From Azolla caroliniana (lineage: Eukaryota; Plantae; Polypodiophyta), in contig JBHGNT010000004.1 in the NCBI GenBank assembly GCA_043228905.1, positions 12,028,001-12,092,000 of the forward strand: a DNA stretch of 64,000 bases. Direction: 5' to 3'. The notes under the pieces are model-generated. The model ran no database searches and had not been told where the DNA came from. It was given only the letters and a program-made list of their open reading frames with translations. Made by a program: the position numbers and the translations under genes. Numbering within the stretch: the stretch's first letter is position 1; every line of letters starts with the position of its first letter. Shown piece after piece: positions 1 to 13,027 of this stretch.

Positions 1-256
1 TCTTATACTCATGCAAATGTTTTTGGTAATTTTCTTTATACTTAACTATGTCCAAAACCATAAGGCACTTTCGAGTTTGACGACATTATTTATCAAACCA
101 TTTTTTCCTAAAATTCTAGGTGCATTTCCAAGACGTGCGGTTGGTCGAAAAACATTTGTTTGTACAGGAGAGAATGACTTTCTTAAAAGCTTCCCATTTG
201 CATTCTAGTGTGACACCATGTTCTATCTTTGTCATTTGTAACATATCCTCAACCAT

Positions 257-259
<3 letters not shown>

Positions 260-302
<43 letters not shown>
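260..302. repeat. (GA)n microsatellite
   Basis: Run of gaga... with one interruption. Confidence 0.95.
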
Positions 303-324
303 TTTTATTATTGTCCTCGATCAT

Positions 325-776
325 TGTTGAGCGGACAAGCTCAACCGGATCCGGATCGGCTGAATAAGCCAGAGCCGGGTTGTATCCGTATCATATCCGG
401 AACAAAGAGGCCGGATCGGGGAGCCAGATCATAATCCGGATCAGTATGAACCGGTATGCTGTTAGAGGCCTACGAATCTAGCCTAGTACGCAGACATATT
501 TTTGGGAGTCAGAGTCATTAGCTCAGTAAGAGCATTAAAGTATTAGTCAATGCTTTAGTTAGTCCTCTTAAAGGGCTTGTATAAATAGTGCTACCAAGCA
601 CATTTTGTATAGACAGAGATTATTATTGTGTTTCTAAATATGAACGTTTTGCTGTTTTGCTCAACTCTGTCTCTCCCGTGTATATGTGTTGAGGATTCCA
701 TTAAACCTTTATCTTCGTGTTCTGTTGTTATCTAGCTTAGCCGGTTTGTCATAGCTTCCGCATATTCACTTTTACA
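325..776 (+). repeat. 5' LTR of copia A
   Basis: TG..CA ends, TATAAATA near 580, followed directly by a tRNA-iMet PBS; homologous to LTRs at 40137, 58744 and 61435. Confidence 0.9.
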
Positions 777-876
777 TGGTATCAGAGCGAGAGGGTTGAG
801 AACCTACACAACCGACGAGCGATTTCCGAAGAGAAACCATAATACCTAGTAGAGAACAGAAAGGAAGAAGATTAGA

Positions 877-3570
877 ATGGATCGAGGAATGGCTAGCTCG
901 CTTTCGACGGAGAAGCTTGACAGATCCAACTACGCATCTTGGTCATACAAGATGCACAAGTACCTACTTGGGCATGGCTACTGGAGTTATGTCGACGAAG
1001 CGAATGATACAACACTTAATGCGGCACACATGGACTTTTCGGCTTGGGAACAAGTGGGAAGCACGGTAATGTACTGCTTCACGTCCAGTGTCGGTGATAA
1101 GCTGCTCAACCATATTCAGGATGTCAAGATGCCAAAGGAAGCTTGGGAAAATCTGGAAAAGTTTTTTGCCACAAGCACCATGGCTCGAAAGGTGCAACTC
1201 CAACAAGAGTTGAGCAATGTCCGATAGGACATGTCGGTGGCCTATTACACGGTCCGGATTAAAGAGATCCCTGACTCACTTGCCTCCATAAACGTGACCG
1301 TCGAGGAAGATCAATGGTGCATGTCTATCTCGGGGCCATGGCATCAAAGTTCGGAGCATTCCGGACTGTGGTCTGTACAAGGGAGAAGACACTTGATTTT
1401 CGACTTTCACTCGATGCTCCTAGTAGAGTAGAACCATGCGTGTGCGTCAACAAGTATGCACGCCGACAACAAGATGTTGTACATTGAGCGAAGGGGCCCC
1501 GTGGTCATGGTGGATGAGGCGGATCGGCGTGCGGTGGAAGCAGCTGACAAGAACCGAACTGGAGGCACAAGGATGGTGCCGAAAATAGTCCCGGACACTC
1601 CATAAGTAGGGGGAGTCAAGGCGGAGCCGAGAACCAGCAAGAGAAGACCGCAATAGAATGTTGGTATTGTGGCTAGAAGGGCCATAGAGAGAGCGAGTGC
1701 TAGAAAAAGCATGCCGACTCGGACAAGTCCGGATCTGGCAAGGCCGGATGCGGAAGCCGACAAAGCTTGCACTACACCGTAGAACCGAAGGATCCGGTTC
1801 CGGAAATGGATCGGGCCCATCCTTTGTGATGAAATACAAAGCTAATTCGATGAAGACAAGCACCTCAAAACAGAATGAAGTATGGTACGTTGATTCCGGA
1901 GCGTCAAATCACATCACAAGCCACAAGGAGTGGTTTTCTTATCTGCAAAAACCAGAATAACCAGGGCTTGTCGAAACTAGTGATCACACCCCACATACTA
2001 TCAAGCACGTCGGTGAAGTCCCACTCAACCATGTTGGGCAGAAGGGAAAGTTGATGAACGTCCTACACGTCCCGAAAATCACAAAGAATTTGGTGTCAAT
2101 TGGACAGATTGGGAGGTCTTATTCACACATCTCGGGTGCTTCATCGAAGAAGAAGGCAAAGTCATCGTGCAAGGATGCTGAGATGGGAGGATGTTTATCC
2201 TCAAAACGAATGATGTTGTCATTGCTATGTTGACGAAAGGGCAGAAGGTCGAGTCAGACATCGACCTATGGCATAAGAGGGTCAGCCACATCAATTTCCG
2301 GAAGCTTCAAGATATGCAATCGAAACACGTGGTTTTTGAATTGCCAAAATTCAGTGGTCGCAAAGGCCAAATATGTGAAGCTTGCCAACTTAGGAAGCAA
2401 CATAGGCTTCCATTCCCCAACGAGAAGAATCGGAGCCGGAATCGGCTTGATCTCATCCATTCGGATGTGTGGGGACTGCCACAAAACATGAGCATCGGCG
2501 GGAGTCAGTATTTCGTCTCCTTCATTGATGATTTCAGCCAACACACTTGGATCTATTTAATCAAGAAAAAGAGCAAAGTCTTCTCGTGCTTCCGGGACCT
2601 AAAGAATCTTGTCGAACGAGAAACCGGGAGGAAGATCAAGTGTTTGAGATCAGATGGTGAAAAAGAGTACTTTTCCGGCCAGTTCAAGAGTTATCTATAG
2701 ACAAAGGGAATCCGATGAGAGTTCTCTTGTAGATACATGTCGGAGCAGAATGACATTGCTGAACATCGAAACCAGACATTGGTAAAAGCGGCAAGGGCGA
2801 TGTTTGAGGACAAAATCATGCCGTCTACATACATAATCGGATATCTGCCTCAGGGACAAAGGTGGCGCCGCACGAACTGTAAATCGAGCAGAAGCCAAAT
2901 TTGGCACACCTTCGGGTGTTCAACATCATTGCCTATGTGCATGTGTCGGATGAGAAGTGGAAGAAACTGGATGCAAAAGCCGAAAAGTGCATCCTAGTTG
3001 GCTACTCAGATGAGTAGAAGGGGTACAAGTGCTACAACCCCTAGTCAAAGCAACTCTAAGTTAACTGAGATGTCATTTTCGATGAATTAGCATCATGGTA
3101 ATTCTCATCACACGAGCTCGAGCCGATTGTTGTGGATGAGACATTGGAATATGGAATAGAGAGAAGTGTAACGGAATCCGAAAAACCAGATAGTCTGACT
3201 TCTCTCCGGATGAGTGGACCGAATTCGGATTGGTTGAGTCGGAGTGGTCAATTGGATGACAAGTTGACGAGTAGTGAAGACTCGGCCATGCTCTCCCAAT
3301 GCAAGGAACTGAGGAGATGGTTCACGCGCAAAGAGAAGGGGAAGAAGAAGATGCAAGAGTATGACACCGGTAGAGCTGAGTCAGATCGGAGCGAATCCGA
3401 CTTCGGGATGAACAAAAAGGAACCTCCAGGGAAGAGGTTGAAATCGGCCGAGAAGGCAACAAAATTGGCGAATCACGAATTGTGCTGAGCCACTTGCAAG
3501 AAAAACCCCGTGAAGAGGTATGGGTATAACGCGTATATGACACATCATTATGCATACATGGTGAAGGTGG
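877..3570 (+). pseudogene. Copia A gag-protease-integrase with many stops and frameshifts
   Basis: ORF fragments 877-1227 (KLDRSNYASW), 1697-1960 (DSGAS), 2191-2700 (LWHKR..CEAC zinc finger, FIDD), 3132-3488 linker. Confidence 0.9.
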
Positions 3571-3576
3571 CAACCA

Positions 3577-6500
3577 TGTTGAATGCGGGTCTCTAATGGA
3601 CATATTCACAATGTCTCCTTTTGTACACACTAGGTCTAGGCTATTTATGTAAATAGTGAGAAGGGTCGTTGCTCGAAGTTAGTCAGTATATAAACTGACT
3701 TTGTAACCTAGTTTTGGAGGTTGATATAAGATAGTTCATCTTGTGCCCAACGTCTCTCTCTCTTGCGTTCTAAGTGGCTCATTGTTCTATGTCTCTGTTG
3801 CCATCAACTACCTTGATTGTATCTATTTATGATCTTCTACCAGAAGAGTGTTGATTTGTTCCGCACTAGATGACCGGGTCTCCAACATCTGGTATTAGAG
3901 CTTGAGGTTCTTTCATTTCTGCTACTGTCGTCTATCTAGTTTCTATCAACAACTCTTCTTCTGTACACTGTGAAGGTCTCGGTTGGCAACTCTCTACAAG
4001 ATCGTTTTCGTGAAGAGAAACGCCGACAAAATCTATACTCCACCATTCTAAATCACGTGAAGTGAGCCAATCGGCTGCACTTGACTCCTGTGATTGTATC
4101 CACTCAGAGTGAGATTTCGCTTCAAAAGATCAGCCTCAGTCGAACTACATCGGATTAGACAACAATCGAATAGGTCACCTGACACTAGTTACACGCTTGT
4201 CGTAATCACTCGTAGTTGTGTGGGCTCCAAGAACAACCCCCTTCCATGCTTCATTTAGCTAGAAAACATTCGGAAAGATTAGTTGAATTTGATCTTCTCA
4301 TTGTTGTAGTCACCTGAAGCAGAATCGGCATGGATAGTCGACACATATTCTGTGTTCGGAAATCTCGAAAATCGACATTCGAAATCGAATCGACATACTC
4401 GGGTCCAACTCGACTAGGTTAGTCAACCATAGTCTCTTCGGATCGAGTCTCCCGAATTTCGAATCAGATTCGGCTTGTGTTCAAACTCAGCTAGAACGAA
4501 TTTGGGCGAGCCAATCTATTGCACCCAACTACTGTTCGTAGCCAACCCCGGACAAAGCGAACCATCCGACTATGACACCCGATGCAACTAGTCCAGTCAT
4601 ACCTCAAAGATCCAAGAGACTGTTGTAGCCCCTAAAGAGATACTCTCCTGGTATCTTCTTTACGGATGCCAGAGAACTGACGTCATATGAAAAAGCATCG
4701 GCATTTGCCGATTCGGCCACCTGGCATTTGGCCACAGAGTCGGAAATGAACTCCACTCGCGCAAACAAAACTTGGGACTTGGTCGAAATACCGATGAATC
4801 GATGCGCTCTCCCATGCAAGTGGGTTTATCGAGTTAAAGAGACCTTTGATTCGACCACCCCAAAATTCAAGTCCAGACTAGTAGCTAAGAGTTTCCAACA
4901 AGAATATGGCGTCGATTTCGACAAAATATTTTCACCACTGATGAAAATGACAACCCTTCGACTCATGCTTGGTGTCGTGGTAGCTGAGAACTTGGAGCTG
5001 ATTCAACATGATGTCAAAACGGCATTCCTCCATGGTGATCTAGAGGAGGAAATTTATATGGAGCAGCCGAAAGGCTTCGCGGCACCCGACGAAGTACATC
5101 TAGTCTACCAACTCAGGAAGAGTCTTTACGGCCTAAAACAGGCACCGCGACAGTGGTATAAGAAGTTCGATGACTTCATTCAGTTGGTTCGCTTCTCAAA
5201 GAGGGATGAGGACCACTGTCTCTTCATGAAAACCGCTCGACATGGGCCACCCATCTTCCTCATCATCTACGTGGACTACATGCTAATCTCCGGTCGGCAA
5301 GTTGCAGAGCTTGCCGAACTTGTTCAACAACTGCGGTTGAAGTTTCCCATGAAGGACCTCGGTCCGGAAAGACACATTCTCGGCATGAAGATTAGTTGGA
5401 ATCGAAATCGAAGATAATTGTTTTTGTCCCAATCTGACTATATTAGACGTGTCCTCGAACGCTTCAACATGCAATCGCAAAATCTGCTTCGACCCCGCTC
5501 CCCATTAGCCTTCGACTGTCTCACCGAGATTGCCCGATATCCGATTCGGAGGGAGAAGTTACGAAGTCAATACCGTATGCACCGACAATCGACTCCCTGA
5601 TGTACGCGATGGTCGCGACACGACCTGACATTGCTCACGCCATAGGAGCCGTCAACAGATTCATGCACAACCTTGGTCGATCGCATTGGAACGCAGTAAA
5701 GCATGTGTTCAAATATCTAGAGGGCACAAAAGACCTTGGCATTCTATTCGATCCAAATGACACTTCAGGCGTAGTCGGTTACGTCAACTCAAACTTTGCC
5801 GCCTGTGTGGACAGTCGAAAATCGACAACTGGATACTGCTTTAAGTTCGGCAATGGAGCAATCTTGTGGAAATCGAAACTTCAGGAGTGCACTACCACAT
5901 CAACAACTGAGGCCTTATGGCTCGTAGGGTTGGCTTGCACATTTCGACAAGTCGAATCCGACTCGGCTCCAATTGTCTACAGTGACATTCATGGTGTTGT
6001 CGCATTGTCGAAAAATCCGCTTCATCACAACGCCTTAAAGCACATCATTGTTTGATATCACTTTGTTCGGGATTGCGTTATTTCAAGGAAAATCAGCCTT
6101 GAGAAGATATCTACGACTGATAATGTCGCAGATGGGATGACCAAGTGTCTTTTGGCGGATCGATTCCGATCCCTTCGGCACCAGATGTGCGTAACAAAAA
6201 ATCAGTCCAATTAAGTCGGACACTTAGGATCTTATTTCGAAAAATCAACTTTGATAATTCGATGTTTGGCTTTAGCTTCCCCAACCTCGGCCAACTCAGA
6301 TTTTTTTGGTTTTCGAAGTTCACCCACTTGAATGAAATTTCGATTTGCTCAAAAACTTTGTATCAATTTGTATTGTACATTCATTTCGATTTACAAATTT
6401 TCTATGTATATGCCCATTACGGGGGAGTGTTGAATGCGGGTCTCTAATGGATCTATTCACATTGTCTCCTTTTGTAAACACTAGGTCTAGGCTATTTATG

Positions 6501-6735
6501 TAAATAGTGAGAAGGGTAGTTGCCCTAAGTCAGTATATAAACTGACTTTGTAACCTAGTTTTGGAGGTTGATATAAGATAGTTCATCTTGTGCCCAACGT
6601 CTCTCTCTCTTGCATTCTAAGTGGCTCACTGTTCTATGTCTCTGTTGCCATCAATATACCTTGATTGTATCTGTTTATGATCTTCTACCAGAAGAGTGTT
6701 GATTTGTTTCGCACTAGATGGCCGTGTCTCCAACA
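3577..6735 (+). mobile_element. Copia element B, nested in A, retaining only RT-RNase H
   Basis: LTRs 3577-3887 and 6428-6735 (TGTTGAATGC..TCCAACA), PBS TGGTATTAGAGC at 3890-3901, PPT GGGGGAG before 6428, degenerate TSD AACCA/AGCCG; the frame of A (VKVAA|VREP) resumes after it. Confidence 0.9.
4650..6200 (+). pseudogene. Copia B reverse transcriptase-RNase H remnant
   Basis: ORFs 4728-5417 ([26 protein letters not shown] in place of YVDD) and 5600-6055 (TRPDIA, DSRKSTTGY, KHI). Confidence 0.9.
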
Positions 6736-7131
6736 AGCCGTGCGTGAGCCGGAGAGGTACGAAGAAGCAGCTAGGATCCAAATTGGCAGAAAGCCATGGA
6801 GGAAGAGATGCACACACTCATGGAGAATGAAACGTGGGATCTTGTGGACGTATGGAAAGGAGTGAAGCTGATCGGTTGTTCGTGGGTGTACAAGGTCAAA
6901 TACAACACCGACGGCTCTGTCAACCGGTACAAGGCCCAGTTAGTGGCAAAGGGCTACGCACAGCAACACGACATCGACTACGATGAGACGTTCGTGCTGG
7001 TTGCAAAGATGAGGACCGTACGTGTCTTGCTTGTGGTGGCAGCGGTGAAGGGGTGACCGTACGTTCCTACAAGGCTATGTTGAGGAACAGGTTTATATGG
7101 TCTTGAGGAACATGTTTATATGGTTCAACCC

Positions 7132-7619
7132 TGTTATGTACACATAACGTTGGTGAGGGTAGGTCACTAATATTTACATTAGTGAAGGGTATGTTCACTA
7201 ATGTTAAAAAAGGGGCTAATGTGATTGGATAGAAGGAATGATAGGTACATGCACTATCATGATTTTGGCAACCAATGAATGGAAACCCTTTTAGAAAGGC
7301 ACATCTATTCAAGGGGCCTAGGAAAAGGTATAAATATGAGGCATAGCTACCCTCATAAGCACATTACGTCGGAAGGCTGCTGTCTTAGACACCGATGGTG
7401 CGGGCTAGGCTTTCGTCTTGACGATCCTGTTTATCTCTTCCAAGGTATTAGTCATCCTAATATCCGGCGGTATGGGATGTCGGTGGTAGGTCGACTATGT
7501 CTAGATCATAGCTCGGGGGTGGTCGGGTGGAATGGGTTCTTCTATCCAATATGTTTTTCTTCTTTTACTTTACTTTGGTCTATTGATTTGTAATATACTC
7601 TTAATAGTGGTATCAGAGC
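7132..7619 (+). mobile_element. LTR C with tRNA-iMet PBS; body lost
   Basis: Starts TGTTATG exactly where the RT of A stops; TATAAATA near 7329; ends TTAATA at 7606, then TGGTATCAGAGC at 7608-7619. Confidence 0.7.
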
Positions 7620-7872
7620 ATTTACTAACAATGTTTTTTGTTGTTTTGATGTTTTTTTGCATGTGAGCAATGGGGATCTAACAAGGCTTGTCATGCTCTT
7701 CACAGGATCAAAAAAACATTCTTAACCCAATATTCTTCTTTCTCAATCTCTCTCTCCTTTTCTATTATGCGTTCTTCTTGGTCGAATCAAATTTGTATTA
7801 CATTTTATTTTCTTTCTTTCTACTTTCTACCATGCTATGATTTTAATTATTATTGTGCATCGGGCCGCGCGT

Positions 7873-8573
7873 TGTCGCGTTGTTACGCGCGTGCGTGGAG
7901 GACAAGGCGGGACCACCGGGGTCTTGGATCGAGGAATAGGTGAGAAAAGGGAGAGAGAGAGACACGCTCACACACGTATAGACAAAGAAGTGCACGAGAA
8001 CGCGGCCCAACAACATAGGAGACACGAGTTGAGCCGGAGATAGAGTATAAGAACACTAGTGTGTGTATATAAATATATGTATGTATTTGTATGTATGCAG
8101 AGGACTCGAACGGTTACAGCCGATCAGGTCGGCGAGATGGATGTCGACGCCTGATCACCCACGTACATAGGGGAGCAAGATGGAGATTCCTCCGGAAGCA
8201 AACGGGCGTTCCATGGAGCAAAATCAGCCTCTCGAGAACCTGCGCAAAAGAAAGCTATGGAGAACGACAGAAAAGAAGAGCTCGGTCCCAGTCCGACAGC
8301 ACTTCGTCCCCTCTAGCGCGCGATCCCTTCTCTCCCCCGACTCCCTCTCTTTTATAGCTCAAGGAGGGAGGCCGTTTCACCCGTTTACATCACATTAATT
8401 CTCTGTCCTTTCAGACAGAGATACTTCTCGATTCTCCCTATAGAATATTGCTACCTAGGATTCGACCTTTGTGCCTACCTATCTACTATACAACAAGGGG
8501 CGTGCCCATGTGTAAGGGCCGGTTCACACACGCTATACACGGTTTGCACTTGGGGACGGTTTTCTTCACGACA
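7873..8573 (-). repeat. 3' LTR of gypsy D
   Basis: Inverted termini TGTCG/CGACA; the first ~330 bp recur at 18133-18462. Confidence 0.88.
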
Positions 8574-8649
8574 TCCGCCCCCACCTAACCGCGCATCCAC
8601 CGGTATGCGCCAAAATTGGGTTCCTACTGGAGAAAACCGGTCCTTGCTT

Positions 8650-11130
8650 TTATTCCTCGTTCACCGGTTCGTCCTCCGCCTCGGGCTGCTCGTCGTCGTG
8701 TCGTTTCTTGAACGCTTTGATCCTCTTCCCCGTCACCGGTATCGCCATTCTCATACCGTCGAGCTCCGCGAGATGGTACGTCCAATTGTCGTTGGCGCCT
8801 GTTACTACGTAAGGCCCGAACCACCTCCTCGTAAACTTCCGCGTGGCCCTGTGCTGATTGTCGAGGCTACTGTCATAGACTAGCACCCAGTCGCCTTCCT
8901 CGATCTTCCTTGGCCGGAGCTGGTGTGTTCGGTCGAACCGGGCTTTGTTCATTATCCTCGCTACCCGAAGTTTCTCCGCGGCTCGCTCTACGTCCTTCGG
9001 CCTCCGCTCGAGCTGTCGTATTTGTGCCGCCAACAGTTCCTCCCGGCTCATCTCATCCCTCCAGTCCACCGTGGCCCACAAGGAGATCGGTCGCTCTGTT
9101 GGCATGATCGGCTTCTGTCCGAACATAAGCTCTGCCGGCATGAACCCGGTTACCGAACTGTGCGTAGTCCGGTCCGCCCACAAGGCATAAGGTAGCAGCC
9201 GTGGCCAGTTCCCGACTTGGCCTCCGCACGCCCGTACTAGCGCTTTGACAATCGGCCCGTGTCCGCGCTCTACCTTCCCGTTCGCCTCCGGATTGTACGC
9301 TATGGTGAGCGAAAGTTGGACTCCTAGCCGGTCGAACAACTCTTCGGCCTCTTCTGCGTCCAACTCACCACGGTTAGCCACGATATTCCCTGCGCACCCG
9401 TATCGACATACCACGTCCTCAATCAAAAACCGGCACACGGCTGCAGTCGTCTTGTTCTGCAGGTCTCGGCCTTCAATCTGGTTCGTTAGATCCTCCCGAG
9501 CCAGCACCAGATACCGCATCTGTCCTACCCCCATTGGCATCGTCACCAAATCCACCATCCACTTGAAGTGGACGGTCGGAGGGTAGGTCGGGCGAAGCTT
9601 GTCCCGGTGTCGGATCATGGAGTGCACCTGACAGCTTTCGCAAGTCGTCACGAACCGATGCACGTCCCGGTATAGTCCCGGCCATCAGTACTTCCCCTTT
9701 AGCTTTTCGAACGTGGCCCACGTTCCACGGTGTCCAGCCCAAGGATTATCGTGGTACGCCGCCAGCAAATCCTCATGTTCCTCCTTCTTCGCCACCACTC
9801 GGAGCGGGATGCTGTTCCTCTTCTTTGCGTGCTTCCATATGTACCCGTCCCGGAGAAAGAATTGGTACGCTTTCTTCCGAATCCGGTTGGCCTCATCCTT
9901 TGTCCATGCCGCGTCCGGTGTCATTGTTTTCAGGAACCCGTCGATCTGCAACCACTCCCCGTTGTACTTGCTCTCGTCGAAATCGTTAAGCGTTGGAGTG
10001 CATTCCCTGCTGGTTGTTACGTAAGCCGCCTCGAAGAAGTCCACGCTGACTTCCTCGTCCTCCGAAACCATGCCGCCCTCGTTTGCGAACCTCGGCCTTG
10101 AAAGCATGTCGGCCATGGCATTGTCTTTCCTGGAAATGTGTCGTATTTCCGGATTCAGGGACTTGATGTATGCTATCCACCCGAGCATTGCCAGGTCCGG
10201 CGTTGCGCATCCGGAAACCATGCCAAGAATTGGCAGGCAGTCCGTCTCGATAATTACCTCTGTCCCGATCAGGTAGTCTTTATCGGCCTTTACCGCCGAA
10301 ACGATACCCTAGAGCTCGCGTTTAACCTGGGCGTATCCTCGCTATCGCTCGCTGAGGACCTTCGCGCCGAACTGGATCGGGAAACGCTTGCCGTCCTCGT
10401 CCTCTTGGTTGACAACCCATCCGATCCCGGTCGGACTCGTGTCTGCCGTTACGTAAATTGGAGTGTCCTTTCCGTAGACAGCCTTTCGGAGCGCTGGAGC
10501 TTCAACAAGTGCTTCCTTCATCTTTCGGACAGACTCTATATGCTCGTCTTTCCACTCGAATTTTCGCCCCTTTTTCAACAACCTGTATAACGGCACCACG
10601 ATGTGGGCGTAATGCGGGATCCATATGTGGTAGAACGCGCATGCTCCCAAGAACCTCCGAACCTCCGTGACCGAGCTACAATCATGCTTCATCGCGGAGA
10701 TGGCTTCTACCTTAGCCGGAGACGGTTTCTGCCCATACGACCCGCATAGGTGTCCGACGACCATGATCTCTAATTTCCCGAAGGCCGAGTTTTCCCCGGA
10801 GAAGGTGAGCCTCGTGCCCTCTAACCTCTGCACACCTTCTCGCAGTCATGATGTGCGTCGCCACGAATTTCCGGCACCCGTCCGGTCCGATCGTCTCGTC
10901 CTTTTCCTCCACCGGGTATCCCTTGATTTCCTCTCCAGGCCCGAGGATACCACATGCCCGAAGTCGCTCCTCCGCCCTTTTCTTCTTCCGGCCAACGACG
11001 TCGACTATCGTACCCCCTCCTTGTCGGAGAACCAAAATTTCCTACCTATAGTACAGGTCTTCTTCGCTATCGTACACTTGTGGGGGTTTCCCGGAGTGTC
11101 CGGACTATCGCGGCTCCACGCCTTGATAGC
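8650..11130 (-). pseudogene. pol: Gypsy D pol: RT C-terminal part, RNase H, integrase
   Basis: ORFs 10342-10833 (EVRRFLG, TADTS), 9685-10221 (NAMADMLSR, YHD..GHRG), 8650-9663 (CESC, VDL, NGKVER, GPY). The RT core is deleted. Confidence 0.88.
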
Positions 11131-11135
11131 CCTCT

Positions 11136-12572
11136 CTAAAAATCCTCTCGGCTTTCACCCCCGAGGGTCTCACGGTTCCGCTCATGGTTCGGTCTCACCG
11201 TCAGGAACTGGACCGAGTGACGCCCATCCTGGCTCTTGACCCTTGCATAGGCCGAGCCGTTGTCCAGCACCTTGGTCTCCATCCGTGCTGCCGTGATGTA
11301 CGGTTCTCCTAGTATAACCGGATGTGAGGACGTCTCCTGCACGAAGAAGTGCTGGTCAATCTCGACATCGCCGATCTTTACTCGTACATTCGGGCAGGCT
11401 CCATGCAGTTCTTTGGTGGCACGCGTCGCTGCCCCTATTTTCCACCCGTGCTTGGTGGCACGCGGTCCGCCTCTTCTTTCCTTTGTCGTGCGCCGGTGAG
11501 GCCTTCTAGCATCGTTGGCCAGAACCCGGCTTTTTTCGTCTTCGGGGCCTCGCCACCTCCGAACCGAATACCAGCTGACGCCGAGTAGTGGACGACCTCC
11601 GCGTGGCGTGCCGCCGCCTCCTCCATCAGCCTTTCATACCTCCTCTCCCGACGTTCAGGTCCAGGGCCCTTCGGGTCTCGCTGGCGTGCACCCGACCGTT
11701 CCATAGGTACACCACGTTGCTTCTCATCGCCTCGGCGAAGTCCCGGTAGTCCTTCCGGATCTGGCCAACCGCGTCACACCACATGCACCTGTTCCCAGCC
11801 AGAGGTCGTCGGTCACGGGCCTGTTCGCCACCATCCCTCCGTGCCTGGGCGATCTGGAGATCCTTTACCATCCGCGTTAGTTCTTCCAGAGCTGCTCCCC
11901 CGGACGAGCCCTTGACCATGCCGGTCGAAGCCGATCCGGTCTCGAGCCAATCTCGGGTCTCTTCCCTTCGCATTGGCGATGTTGGCTCAAGCTTCCTTGC
12001 TGCGACAGAGCCCGCCCCTGTCGATCCTTTGTCAACCCATTCCCTCCGTTTGTTGAAACGGCCACAGACCCTCTTCACCACGGCCCAGTCGGCCGTCAGC
12101 CCGTCATCAGTCTCCAATAGGAGGCCTACTTGCTCCCGATCCCGCTCGTCAACTAACTTAACAAACAATAGGACACGACTTGTGTCCAGAATTGTCCGGT
12201 CAAGCACTGAGAGGCGCGCGAAGTGTTCCTCAAACTCCCGGAGGAGCACCGACGCGTTCCTTCCTTTGTCGGGGGTCTCCAGCCACTCCATGAAGTCCCG
12301 CTTCGAAAGTCGAAGCGCATCTTCAAGCCCGTATTTTTCGAGGAGCTGACCTTCGAACTCCTCCCAGGTCCGGCTCTCGGCCCGTACCTCGAGCACCTCC
12401 GTATGGATGCCCGGCATCGCCACTCGAGGGAATCCGGCTAGACGCCTCTCTTCCGGAATGTCCCTCATTACCATCTCAGCCCGGTAGGACGCCAAGTAGC
12501 TCGTGGCATCCTTCCCACTAAACCGGCCGATCGTACCGATAACCGCCTTGATAGCCCTATCAAGGGCGCCGG
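11136..12572 (-). pseudogene. gag: Gypsy D gag with protease remnant; N-terminus lies at about 18020-18065
   Basis: ORF 11626-12495 with degenerate knuckle CMWCDAVGQ; 11136-11342 VILGEPY protease tail. Confidence 0.75.
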
Positions 12573-13027
12573 TGTTAGGAATAGTACTAAAGCAGAGATG
12601 GAATTAGTACTAAAGAACAACAGTACTATTAGTACTAAGAGGACGGGACTGCGTAAGATTCCCGAGAGAGGAAGTGAGAAGAGGAGAGAGAGAGATAGCG
12701 AGAATGAGAGAGAGAGAGAGATGATGACAACAACTAATATATTATGTGAAAAGATAAGTACAAGCGGCTAAGAGGCTTAAGACTGGCGTTGAACCAATTT
12801 GGTTCAAAACAATGCCTTGTGCCTCCTTTTATAGTGTTTTTAGGAATAATCCTGAAGCTTCTAGAATGTTCCAAAGAGATCTAGAATATACATCAATTTT
12901 CTATGATAAAGCATAAATGAAAATAATATCCTACAAAATACAATTCATAGTCTAATGGTAAGAGCTCGACCCATGTAGCATAAGGTCATGGGTTCGAGTC
13001 TTGCCATATCATGACACTATCTCCCCC

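Larger units (their letters stand above)
325..7131 (+). mobile_element. Ty1/copia element A, decayed and 3'-truncated; interrupted by B and cut off by LTR C
   Basis: 5' LTR 325-776 (TGTTGA..TTTACA), PBS TGGTATCAGAGC at 777-788, gag from 877, protease WYVDSGASNH, integrase HSDVWG/FIDD/LRSDG, RT start at 6741-7131 (WDLV..YKVKY..LVAKGY). Confidence 0.9.

Noticed and set aside
12940-13016. Functional tRNA gene
   Set aside because: A/B boxes are present but the acceptor, anticodon and T stems do not pair well; the motif is part of an LTR.
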